A DNA stretch of 11,099 bases. Source: a virus. Lineage: Duplodnaviria; Heunggongvirae; Uroviricota; Caudoviricetes. The number at the start of each line of letters is the position of its first letter. The first letter of the stretch is position 1. The position numbers and the translations under genes were made by a program. Below the pieces are notes generated by a model. It searched no databases. It had not been told where the DNA came from and saw only the letters and a program-made list of their open reading frames with translations. This document shows positions 1 to 7,484 of the stretch, piece after piece. Where the stretch lies: positions 1 to 11,099 of IMG/VR virus record IMGVR_UViG_2541047953_000001; one strand, given 5' to 3'.

Positions 1-552
1 ATGTACAAACACCCATTTGTGATGCTTGCCTATTTGATCACGCAACACTTTACAGGCGGTAAAGGCGTTTACCCGAATCAGGTAAACACAAAAGACAAAC
101 TAACAAAAGACAATATAAAACCTTTTTCGTCCGAGAATTCTGGCGAATCCTCTGACCAACCAGAAAACGATCTTCCTGTGGTGAAACCAGATGCTGCAAT
201 TCAGAGCGGCAGCAAGTGGGGGACAGCAGAAGACCTGACCGCCGCAGAGTGGATGTTTGACATGGTGAAGACCATCGCGCCCTCAGCCAGAAAACCGAAT
301 TTTGCAGGGTGGGCTAACGATATCCGCCTGATGCGTGAACGTGACGGACGTAACCACCGCGACATGTGCGTGCTGTTCCGCTGGGCATGCCAGGACAACT
401 TCTGGTCCGGTAACGTGCTGAGTCCGGCCAAACTCCGCGACAAGTGGACCCAGCTCGAAATCAACCGAAACAAGCAACAGGCTGGCGTGACAGCCGGCAA
501 ATCAAAACTCGACCTGACGAACACTGACTGGATTTACGGGGTGGATTTATGA
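1..552 (+). CDS. Prophage hypothetical protein (nin-region), 183 aa in window; may be the 3' part of a longer gene starting upstream of the window
   Basis: Open frame from window position 1 to a TGA at 550-552 that overlaps the ATG of the next ORF (ATGA coupling). It has an acidic/Ser-rich linker followed by a conserved-looking C-terminal block ([35 protein letters not shown]...CQDNFWSGN). It sits directly upstream of the Q antiterminator, where nin-region genes lie in lambdoid phages. Family assignment is uncertain; I did not recognise it as RusA, NinE or YbcN. Confidence 0.45.
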
Positions 553-719
553 AAAACATCGCCGCACAGATGATTAACTTTGACCGTGAGCAGATGCGTC
601 GGATCGCCAACAACATGCCGGAACAGTACGACGAAAAGCCGCAGGTACCGGATACTGAAGAATTACGCCAAAACCCTGACAGGAGCAGGAGTATGAAGTC
701 AGAGATAACAATCAACTAA
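549..719 (+). CDS. Small hypothetical protein, 56 aa, translationally coupled to the upstream ORF
   Basis: ATG at 549 overlaps the upstream TGA, with a GGTGG purine-rich stretch a few nt upstream; stop TAA at 717-719. Not in the supplied ORF track, presumably below its length cut-off. No recognisable motif. Confidence 0.35.
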   Translation: MKNIAAQMINFDREQMRRIANNMPEQYDEKPQVPDTEELRQNPDRSRSMKSEITIN

Positions 720-781
720 TACTATTTTGTTGATTTTTGCTTGTAATTGGCGTTCTGGTCTGATTTTTGTGGAGTAAGTTG

Positions 782-1165
782 ATGCGTGATATTCAGATGG
801 TTCTTGAGCGTTGGGGAGCGTGGGCGGCTAATAATCATGAAGATGTGACCTGGTCGTCCATTGCCGCCGGTTTTAAGGGATTAATTACTTCAAAAGTAAA
901 ATCTCGCCCGCAATGTTGTGACGATGACGCGATGATCATTTGCGGGTGCATGGCCCGTCTGAAAAAGAACAACAGCGATTTGCACGATTTATTAGTAGAT
1001 TATTATGTAGTCGGTATGACATTCATGTCACTGGCAGGTAAGCATTGCTGCTCTGATGGTTATATCGGGAAAAGGTTACAGAAGGCTGAGGGTATAATTG
1101 AAGGGATGTTAATGGCATTAGATATCCGGTTAGAGATGGATATCGTTGTTAATAACTCTAATTAA
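782..1165 (+). CDS. quuD: Late-gene antitermination protein Q (short Q family, 127 aa)
   Basis: ATG at 782 preceded by GGAG at 771-774; the track ORF starts at an upstream TTG at 767. Cys-rich zinc-binding-like motifs ([18 protein letters not shown]). The protein matches my recollection of DLP12 QuuD ([24 protein letters not shown]...). It sits immediately upstream of the lysis region. Confidence 0.85.
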   Translation: MRDIQMVLERWGAWAANNHEDVTWSSIAAGFKGLITSKVKSRPQCCDDDAMIICGCMARLKKNNSDLHDLLVDYYVVGMTFMSLAGKHCCSDGYIGKRLQKAEGIIEGMLMALDIRLEMDIVVNNSN

Positions 1166-1189
1166 TATGCCAGTTGTTTACTAAAAGTT

Positions 1190-1217
1190 ATTAAAAATGG
1201 GGCGTTGCAACGCCCCC
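1190..1217 (-). terminator. Candidate intrinsic terminator (minus strand), possibly terminating the porin transcript
   Basis: Perfect 18-nt palindrome GGGGCGTTGCAACGCCCC at 1199-1216. On the minus strand it is followed by ATTTTTAATAACTTTT; on the plus strand the downstream sequence is A-rich, so it is not a plus-strand terminator. It lies about 140 nt downstream of the nmpC stop. Confidence 0.4.
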
Positions 1218-1304
1218 AAAAATAAAGGGTAATATATAACAGAAGGTTTATATAGTTAGAAGCAAGGTTGTGCTCCTAAAGGAAGTGGCTTGAGGGAGCC
1301 ACTT

Positions 1305-1346
1305 ATATGTTGGGGAGGCAAAGCCTCCCGCAACATATCTTTTTCG
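1305..1346 (+). terminator. Candidate intrinsic terminator (plus strand) downstream of Q; tR'-like
   Basis: Stem ATATGTTGGGGAGGC / GCCTCCC(G)CAACATAT with an AAA loop and one bulged base, followed by CTTTTTCG. It lies about 180 nt after the Q stop codon, comparable to the pR'-tR' leader of lambdoid phages. Confidence 0.45.
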
Positions 1347-1354
1347 TAATCAGA

Positions 1355-2452
1355 TTAGAACTGGTAAACCAGACCTACAGCAACGATGTCATCAGTGCTT
1401 ACACCGAGTGCTTTAGTGAAGTCATTTTTGTCAAGCAGGTTGATTTTGTAATCAACGAAAGTAGACATATTTTTGTTGAAGTAATAGGTTGCACCTACAT
1501 CAACATATTTGACTAAGTCCTGATCGCCCCATACTCCAAGATCCTTACCTTTAGATTGCAGGTAAGCAACGGACGGACGCAGACCGAAATCGAACTGATA
1601 TTGTGCAACAGCTTCGAAGTTTTGAGCTTTATTAGCAACGAAGTGATCAGCAAATACAGTCATATTCTGGGTTTCAGAATAGGTAGTGGCCAGGTAAATG
1701 TTGTTAGCGTCATATTTCAGACCTGCGGCCCAAACTTCTGCATTTTTACCGGAAGCAAATACTTCAGGAAGAACTTTCCCTGCATTAACTTGAGTGTCGG
1801 TACGATCAGATTTCGCATAAGTTGCACCGATACCGAATCCTTCGTATTCATAGGTAGCAGAGAAACCGAAGCCATCACCGTTACCTTCAGTGTAGTTATC
1901 GAAATCGCTACGATCGTTTTTGCCTTGGTACTGAGCAGCAAAGTTCAGACCATCAACCAGACCAAAGAAGTCGTTGTTACGATAGGTTGCAACACCAGTG
2001 GTACGACCAGTCATGAACACATCTGTTTGGGTCCAGGTATCGCCACCGAATTCTGGCAGAACGTCAGTCCACGCACCGATGTCGTATGCTACACCGTAGT
2101 TACGGCCGTAATCGATTGAGCCGTAGTCACCGAATTTCAGGCCTGCAAATGCAAGACGGGTTTTGTCTTTGGAGGAACCTTGAGATTCAGCGCGGTTGCC
2201 TTTGAATTCATATTCCCACTGACCGAAACCAGTCAGCTGATCGTTGATTTGGGTTTCACCTTTGAAGCCAAGACGGGCATAAGTAGTATCACCATCATCT
2301 GCATCATTAGAGGAGAAGTAGTGCTTAGCATTAACTTTCCCGTACAGATCCAGCTTGTTACTGTCTTTATTATAAATTTCAGCTGCCTGAGCAGACATCG
2401 CCATCAGTACTGATGCAGCTACAGCAGAAATTGCCACTGTTAATTTTTTCAT
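1355..2452 (-). CDS. nmpC: Outer-membrane general porin of the OmpC/OmpF/PhoE family (NmpC/OmpD-like), 365 aa, apparently intact
   Basis: Signal peptide [23 protein letters not shown] then AEIYNKD; Gly/Tyr/Asp/Asn-rich beta-barrel composition; C-terminal ...VGLVYQF with the terminal Phe typical of porins. It occupies the Q-to-holin interval, as nmpC does in DLP12. There is no IS interruption in this window. Confidence 0.9.
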   Translation of the reverse strand: MKKLTVAISAVAASVLMAMSAQAAEIYNKDSNKLDLYGKVNAKHYFSSNDADDGDTTYARLGFKGETQINDQLTGFGQWEYEFKGNRAESQGSSKDKTRLAFAGLKFGDYGSIDYGRNYGVAYDIGAWTDVLPEFGGDTWTQTDVFMTGRTTGVATYRNNDFFGLVDGLNFAAQYQGKNDRSDFDNYTEGNGDGFGFSATYEYEGFGIGATYAKSDRTDTQVNAGKVLPEVFASGKNAEVWAAGLKYDANNIYLATTYSETQNMTVFADHFVANKAQNFEAVAQYQFDFGLRPSVAYLQSKGKDLGVWGDQDLVKYVDVGATYYFNKNMSTFVDYKINLLDKNDFTKALGVSTDDIVAVGLVYQF

Positions 2453-2880
2453 CGTGAGCCCTTTTTTTTGAACTATTATTAAAAAATGATGTCACTGCGC
2501 GATAAATATTCATCTAATCAATGTGATTATTTCAAGATGTAAGTTTTGGTTTCTCGTTTGATTTGTGAAGTAGATCTCTATTTTTATCTGAACTTTTTTC
2601 TATCGAATCCTATTTATAGCTCTTGGCTGAATAAAAATAAATCTATTAGCCAATTTATATTAACGGCTGTTATTTATAAGTGCTCTATAATTTGAAGGTT
2701 CAATTTAAATCGGCTAAAAATAACACTGGAAATTATTTGTTGGTTATTTGTTGAGATTTGCTTATGTATTTGTAGTGGTGTTTTCAATACTCGGTAGCAT
2801 TCTCGCAAATATCATTTAGTGGTTTACGTACGTAAAAAATTGGTTATGCTGTTAAGAGTGGTTACTTCGTCACACAGCTT

Positions 2881-2913
2881 AAACCCGCCGTCGAGCGGGT
2901 TTTTCCATTTTTT
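2881..2913 (+). terminator. Candidate intrinsic terminator (plus strand) about 110 bp upstream of the holin start
   Basis: Stem AAACCCGC / GCGGGTTT with loop CGTCGA, followed by TTTCCATTTTTT. On the minus strand the downstream sequence is not U-rich. Confidence 0.45.
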
Positions 2914-3025
2914 GAGTCTCGATATTAGCTGATAACCCAATACCTGAGTTATTCACTGACTCCGAGTCTGTTACGTTTCGTAGTATTCCCTCAATTTACA
3001 CCCGCTTTGTCTGCGAGGTGGGGTT

Positions 3026-3241
3026 ATGAAATCCATGGATAAGTTAACAACGGGTGTCGCCTATGGCACCTCAGCAGGTAGTGCCGGGTACTGGTTTTTA
3101 CAGCTGCTAGATAAAGTCACGCCCTCACAGTGGGCGGCAATTGGAGTGCTGGGTAGCCTGGTATTTGGCCTGCTGACGTACCTGACAAACCTTTATTTCA
3201 AGATTAAAGAAGATAAGCGTAAGGCTGCGAGAGGTGAATAA
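3026..3241 (+). CDS. essD: Class II holin / pinholin of the phage 21 S type, 71 aa, with dual-start motif
   Basis: ATG at 3026 preceded by GAGGTGGGG. The N-terminus MKSMDK offers two in-frame starts (Met1 and Met4), the antiholin/holin arrangement of S21. Two transmembrane segments ([16 protein letters not shown] and [17 protein letters not shown]) and a basic C-terminus [11 protein letters not shown]. The stop TAA overlaps the endolysin ATG (TAATG). Confidence 0.85.
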
Positions 3242-3738
3242 TGTCGCCATCATTACGCAAGGCTGTAGCAGCTGCTATTGGTGGTGGGGCTGTTGCCATA
3301 GCGTCTGTGCTCATCACTGGTCCGAGTGGTGACGATGGTCTGGAAGGTGTCAGCTACATACCATATAAAGATATTGTTGGTGTATGGACTGTATGTCACG
3401 GGCATACAGGAAAAGACATCATGCTCGGTAAAACGTATACCAAAGCAGAATGCAAAGCACTCTTGAATAAAGACCTTGCCACTGTCGCCAGACAAATTAA
3501 CCCGTACATCAAAGTCGATATACCGGAAACAACGCGCGGCGCTCTTTACTCATTCGTTTACAACGTGGGTGCTGGCAATTTCAGAACATCGACGCTTCTT
3601 CGCAAAATAAACCAGGGCGATATCAAAGGCGCATGTGATCAGCTACGTCGCTGGACATATGCTGGCGGTAAGCAATGGAAAGGTCTCATGACTCGTCGTG
3701 AGATTGAGCGTGAAATCTGTTTGTGGGGTCAGCAATGA
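3241..3738 (+). CDS. rrrD: SAR endolysin, T4-lysozyme-like muramidase (R21 type), 165 aa
   Basis: The N-terminal Gly/Ala-rich weakly hydrophobic segment ([20 protein letters not shown]) is a signal-anchor-release domain. It is followed by a lysozyme catalytic region with E, D and T within [23 protein letters not shown]. The protein matches my recollection of phage 21 R / DLP12 RrrD. Confidence 0.9.
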   Translation: MSPSLRKAVAAAIGGGAVAIASVLITGPSGDDGLEGVSYIPYKDIVGVWTVCHGHTGKDIMLGKTYTKAECKALLNKDLATVARQINPYIKVDIPETTRGALYSFVYNVGAGNFRTSTLLRKINQGDIKGACDQLRRWTYAGGKQWKGLMTRREIEREICLWGQQ

Positions 3739-4196
3739 ACAGAGTAACCGCGATTATCTCCGCTCTGGTTATCTGCATCATCGTCTGCCTGTCATGGGCT
3801 GTTAATCATTACCGTGATAACGCCATTACCTACAAAGCCCAGCGCGACAAAAATGTCAGAGAACTGAAGCTGGCGAACGCGGCAATTACTGACATGCAGA
3901 TGCGTCAGCGTGATGTTGCTGCGCTCGATGCAAAATACACGAAGGAGTTAGCTGATGCGAAAGCTGAAAATGATGCTCTGCGTGATGATGTTGCCGCTGG
4001 TCGTCGTCGGTTGCACATCAAAGCAGTCTGTCAGTCAGTGCGTGAAGCCACCACCGCCTCCGGCGTGGATAATGCAGCCTCCCCCCGACTGGCAGACACC
4101 GCTGAACGGGATTATTTCACCCTCAGAGAGAGGCTGATCACTATGCAAAAACAACTGGAAGGAACCCAGAAGTATATTAATGAGCAGTGCAGATAG
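3735..4196 (+). CDS. rzpD: Inner-membrane spanin Rz (i-spanin), lambda type, 153 aa
   Basis: ATG at 3735 overlaps the endolysin TGA (ATGA); the track ORF begins at an upstream GTG at 3723. N-terminal transmembrane helix ([16 protein letters not shown]) followed by a charged coiled-coil-like periplasmic domain. Nearly identical to lambda Rz as I recall it. Confidence 0.85.
   Translation: MNRVTAIISALVICIIVCLSWAVNHYRDNAITYKAQRDKNVRELKLANAAITDMQMRQRDVAALDAKYTKELADAKAENDALRDDVAAGRRRLHIKAVCQSVREATTASGVDNAASPRLADTAERDYFTLRERLITMQKQLEGTQKYINEQCR
3955..4137 (+). CDS. rzoD: Outer-membrane lipoprotein spanin Rz1 (o-spanin), 60 aa, embedded in the +1 frame of Rz
   Basis: Signal peptide with lipobox LVVVGC, then a proline-rich mature region ([15 protein letters not shown]). 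It lies wholly inside the Rz gene in a different frame, the classic Rz/Rz1 architecture. Confidence 0.8.
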   Translation: MRKLKMMLCVMMLPLVVVGCTSKQSVSQCVKPPPPPAWIMQPPPDWQTPLNGIISPSERG

Positions 4197-4227
4197 AGTT
4201 GCCCATATCGATGGGCAACTCATGCAA

Positions 4228-4521
4228 TTATTGTGAGCAATACACACGCGCTTCCAGCGGAGTATAAATGCCTAAAGTAATAAAACCGAGCAATCCATTT
4301 ACGAATGTTTGCTGGGTTTCTGTTTTAACAACATTTTCTGCGCCGCCACAAATTTTGGCTGCATCGACAGTTTTCTTCTGCCCAATTCCAGAAACGAAGA
4401 AATGATGAGTGATGGTTTCCTTTGGTGCTACTGCTGCCGGTTTGTTTTGAACAGTAAACGTCTGTTGAGCACATCCTGTAATAAGCAGGGCCAGCGCAGT
4501 AGCGAGTAGCATTTTTTTCAT
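4228..4521 (-). CDS. borD: Bor lipoprotein (Iss/Bor serum-resistance family), 97 aa
   Basis: Signal peptide and lipobox (LLITGC). It is on the opposite strand immediately after Rz, the lambda bor position. Sequence matches my recollection of Bor. Confidence 0.85.
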   Translation of the reverse strand: MKKMLLATALALLITGCAQQTFTVQNKPAAVAPKETITHHFFVSGIGQKKTVDAAKICGGAENVVKTETQQTFVNGLLGFITLGIYTPLEARVYCSQ

Positions 4522-4811
4522 GGTGTTATTCCCGATGCTTTTTGAAGTTCGCAGAATCGTATGTGTAGAAAATTAAACAAACCCTAAACAATGAGTTGAA
4601 ATTTCATATTGTTAATATTTATTAATGTATGTCAGGTGCGATGAATCGTCATTGTATTCCCGGATTAACTATGTCCACAGCCCTGACGGGGAACTTCTCT
4701 GCGGGAGTGTCCGGGAATAATTAAAAACGATGCACACAGGGTTTAGCGCGTACACGTATTGCATTATGCCAACGCCCCGGTGCTGACACGGAAGAAACCG
4801 GACGTTATGAT

Positions 4812-5222
4812 TTAGCGTGGAAAGATTTGTGTAGTGTTCTGAATGCTCTCAGTAAATAGTAATGAATTATCAAAGGTATAGTAATATCTTTTATGTTCAT
4901 GGATATTTGTAACCCATCGGAAAACTCCTGCTTTAGCAAGATTTTCCCTGTATTGCTGAAATGTGATTTCTCTTGATTTCAACCTATCATAGGACGTTTC
5001 TATAAGATGCGTGTTTCTTGAGAATTTAACATTTACAACCTTTTTAAGTCCTTTTATTAACACAGTGTTATCGTTTTCTAACACGATGTGAATATTATCT
5101 GTGGCTAGATAGTAAATATAATGTGAGACGTTGTGACGTTTTAGTTCAGAATAAAACAATTCACAGTTTAAATCTTTTCGCACTTGATCGAATATTTCTT
5201 TAAAAATGGCAACCTGAGCCAT
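4812..5222 (-). CDS. ybcV: DUF1398-type prophage moron protein (YbcV-like), 136 aa from the Met with a strong RBS
   Basis: The minus-strand ORF is open to 5345 (177 aa) but its first codon is GTG with no RBS. The ATG at 5222-5220 is preceded by GGAAGG at about 8 nt spacing and gives 136 aa, matching my recollection of the YbcV length. The gene is visibly AT-rich relative to its flanks. Confidence 0.6.
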   Translation of the reverse strand: MAQVAIFKEIFDQVRKDLNCELFYSELKRHNVSHYIYYLATDNIHIVLENDNTVLIKGLKKVVNVKFSRNTHLIETSYDRLKSREITFQQYRENLAKAGVFRWVTNIHEHKRYYYTFDNSLLFTESIQNTTQIFPR

Positions 5223-5507
5223 TGGTAAAACCTTCCATGTGATACGAGGGCGCGTAGTTTGCATTATCGTTTTTATCGTTTCAATCTGGTCTGACCTCTT
5301 TGTGTTTTGTTGATGATTTATGTCAAATATTAGGAATGTTTTCACTTAATAGTATTGGTTGCGTAACAAAGTGCGGTCCTGCTGGCATTCTGGAGGGAAA
5401 TACAACCGACAGATGTATGTAAGGCCAACGTGCTCAAATCTTCATACAGAAAGATTTGAAGTAATATTTTAACCGCTAGATGAAGAGCAAGCGCATGGAG
5501 CGACAAA

Positions 5508-5714
5508 ATGAATAAAGAACAATCTGCTGATGATCCCTCCGTGGATCTGATTCGTGTAAAAAATATGCTTAATAGCACCATTTCTATGAGTTACCCTGAT
5601 GTTGTAATTGCATGTATAGAACATAAGGTGTCTCTGGAAGCATTCAGAGCAATTGAGGCAGCGTTGGTGAAGCACGATAATAATATGAAGGATTATTCCC
5701 TGGTGGTTGACTGA
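5508..5714 (+). CDS. ybcW: Small prophage protein (YbcW-like), 68 aa
   Basis: ATG at 5508 with GGAG about 9 nt upstream. Its position and length correspond to the small ORF near the right end of lambda and to DLP12 ybcW. No recognisable motif. Confidence 0.6.
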
Positions 5715-5878
5715 TCACCATAACTGCTAATCATTCAAACTATTTAGCCTGTGACAGAGCCAACACGCAGTCTGTCACTGTCAGGAAAGTGGTAAAACTG
5801 CAACTCAATTACTGCAATGCCCTCGTAATTAAGTGAATTTACAATATCGTCCTGTTCGGAGGGAAGAACGCGGGATGT

Positions 5879-6073
5879 TCATTCTTCATCACTTTTAATT
5901 GATGTATATGCTCTCTTTTCTGACGTTAGTCTCCGACGGCAGGCTTCAATGACCCAGGCTGAGAAATTCCCGGACCCTTTTTGCTCAAGAGCGATGTTAA
6001 TTTGTTCAATCATTTGGTTAGGAAAGCGGATGTTGCGGGTTGTTGTTCTGCGGGTTCTGTTCTTCGTTGACAT
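5879..6073 (-). CDS. ylcI: Small basic protein (YlcI-like, DUF3950), 64 aa, possible ribbon-helix-helix DNA binder
   Basis: Minus-strand ORF ending just before cos. The N-terminus is Arg/Thr-rich and is followed by RNIRFPNQMIEQINIALEQ, which has the strand-helix pattern of Arc/MetJ/CopG-type RHH proteins. The surrounding DNA matches my recollection of the lambda right end. Confidence 0.6.
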   Translation of the reverse strand: MSTKNRTRRTTTRNIRFPNQMIEQINIALEQKGSGNFSAWVIEACRRRLTSEKRAYTSIKSDEE

Positions 6074-6244
6074 GAGGTTGCCCCGTATTCAGTGTCGCTG
6101 ATTTGTATTGTCTGAAGTTGTTTTTACGTTAAGTTGATGCAGATCAATTAATACGATACCTGCGTCATAATTGATTATTTGACGTGGTTTGATGGCCTCC
6201 ACGCACGTTGTGATATGTAGATGATAATCATTATCACTTTACGG

Positions 6245-6461
6245 GTCCTTTCCGGTGATCCGACAGGTTACGGGGCGGCGACCTCGCGGGTTTTCGCTAT
6301 TTATGAAAATTTTCCGGTTTAAGGCGTTTCCGTTCTTCTTCGTCGTAACTTAATGTTTTTATTTAAAATACCCCCTAAAAAGAAAGGAAACGACAGGTGC
6401 TGAAAACGAACTTTTGGGCCTTTGTCGTTTCCTTTCTCTGTTTTTGGCCGTGGAATGAACA
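6245..6461. other. Lambda-type cos packaging site (cosQ region, cosN with 12-nt cohesive end at 6273-6284, cosB with R sites) immediately upstream of nu1
   Basis: GATCCGACAGGTTACG|GGGCGGCGACCT|CGCGGGTTTTCGCTATTTATGAAAATTTTCCGGTTTAAGGCGTTTCCGTTCTTCTTCG... matches the joined right-end/left-end sequence of lambda as I recall it. There are a few substitutions in the cosB region, for example CGTAACTT versus lambda CATAACTT. Confidence 0.8.
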
Positions 6462-7112
6462 ATGGAAGTCAACAAAAAGCAGCTGGCTGACATTTTCGGT
6501 GCGAGTATCCGTACCATTCAGAACTGGCAGGAACAGGGAATGCCCGTTCTGCGAGGCGGTGGCAAGGGTAATGAGGTGCTTTATGACTCTGCCGCCGTTA
6601 TAAAATGGTATGCCGAAAGGGATGCTGAAATTGAGAACGAAAAGCTGCGCCGGGAGGTTGAAGAACTGCGCCAGGCCAGCGAGGCAGATCTCCAGCCAGG
6701 GACTATTGAGTACGAACGCCATCGACTTACGCGTGCGCAGGCCGACGCACAGGAACTGAAGAATGCCAGAGACTCAGCTGAAGTGGTGGAAACCGCATTC
6801 TGTACTTTCGTGCTGTCGCGGATCGCAGGTGAAATTGCCAGTATTCTCGACGGGATCCCCCTGTCGGTGCAGCGGCGTTTTCCGGAACTGGAAAACCGAC
6901 ATGTTGATTTCCTGAAACGGGATATCATCAAAGCCATGAACAAAGCAGCCGCGCTGGATGAACTGATACCCGGACCATCACGTCTGCAAACATCGACCGT
7001 CTGCGCTTTACCTTCGGTGTGCAGGCACTGGTGGAAACCACCTCAAAGGGGGACCGGAATCCGTCGGAAGTCCGCCTGCTGGTTCAGATACAGCGTAACG
7101 GTGGCTGGGTGA
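6462..7112 (+). pseudogene. nu1: Terminase small subunit Nu1, C-terminally truncated and fused out of frame to J-derived sequence
   Basis: The first ~171 codons match lambda Nu1 (MEVNKKQLADIFGASIRTIQNWQEQGMPVLRGGGKGNEV...KAMNKAAALDELIPG). After about position 6970-6975 the reading frame continues into unrelated sequence (PSRLQTSTVCALPSV...) until a TGA at 7110-7112. The terminal residues of lambda Nu1 (...LLSEYIEQSG) are missing. Confidence 0.8.
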
Positions 7113-7482
7113 CGGAAAAAGACATCACCATTAAAGGCAAAACCACCTCGCAGTATCTGGCCTCGGTGGTGGTGGATAACCTGCCGCCGCGCCCGTTCAA
7201 CATCCGGATGCGCAGGATGACGCCGGACAGCACCACAGACCAGCTGCAGAACAAAACGCTCTGGTCGTCATACACCGAAATCATCGATGTGAAACAGTGC
7301 TACCCGAACACGGCACTGGTCGGCGTGCAGGTGGACTCGGAGCAGTTCGGCAGCCAGCAGGTGAGCCGTAATTATCATCTTCGCGGGCGCATTCTGCAGG
7401 TGCCGTCGAACTATAACCCGCAGACGCGGCAATACAGCGGTATCTGGGACGGAACGTTTAAGCCGGCATACAGCAACAACCC
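6971..7482 (+). pseudogene. J: Internal fragment of tail tip/host-specificity protein J (about 170 codons), with no start and no native stop
   Basis: A different frame from nu1 encodes ...[168 protein letters not shown], which I recognise as an internal segment of lambda J. Similarity ends abruptly at about 7480 (window PCD-stop versus lambda MAWCLWD...). Confidence 0.75.
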
Positions 7483-7484
7483 AT

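Noticed and set aside
201-715. Minus-strand ORFs 201-524, 283-477 and 461-715
   Set aside because: They are antisense to the first two plus-strand ORFs, which show translational coupling and a co-directional arrangement with Q.
1307-2413. Plus-strand ORFs 1307-1516, 1556-2119 and 2180-2413, and minus-strand ORF 1717-1941
   Set aside because: All lie within or antisense to the porin gene, whose identity is strongly supported; they have no RBS or motifs.
1355-2452. IS5 interruption of the porin gene, as in E. coli K-12 nmpC
   Set aside because: It is not present here; the ORF is continuous to a canonical C-terminal ...YQF and no IS-like terminal repeats or transposase ORF were seen.
3253-4509. 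ORFs 3253-3495 minus, 4035-4247 minus and 4309-4509 plus
   Set aside because: They are antisense or alternative-frame ORFs inside the endolysin, Rz and bor genes.
5342-5675. Minus-strand ORFs 5342-5581 and 5469-5675, and the 177-aa extended version of ybcV (to 5345)
   Set aside because: The extension begins at a GTG without an RBS, whereas the internal ATG at 5222 has a strong GGAAGG RBS. The other two ORFs overlap the ybcW region and its promoter with no supporting signals.
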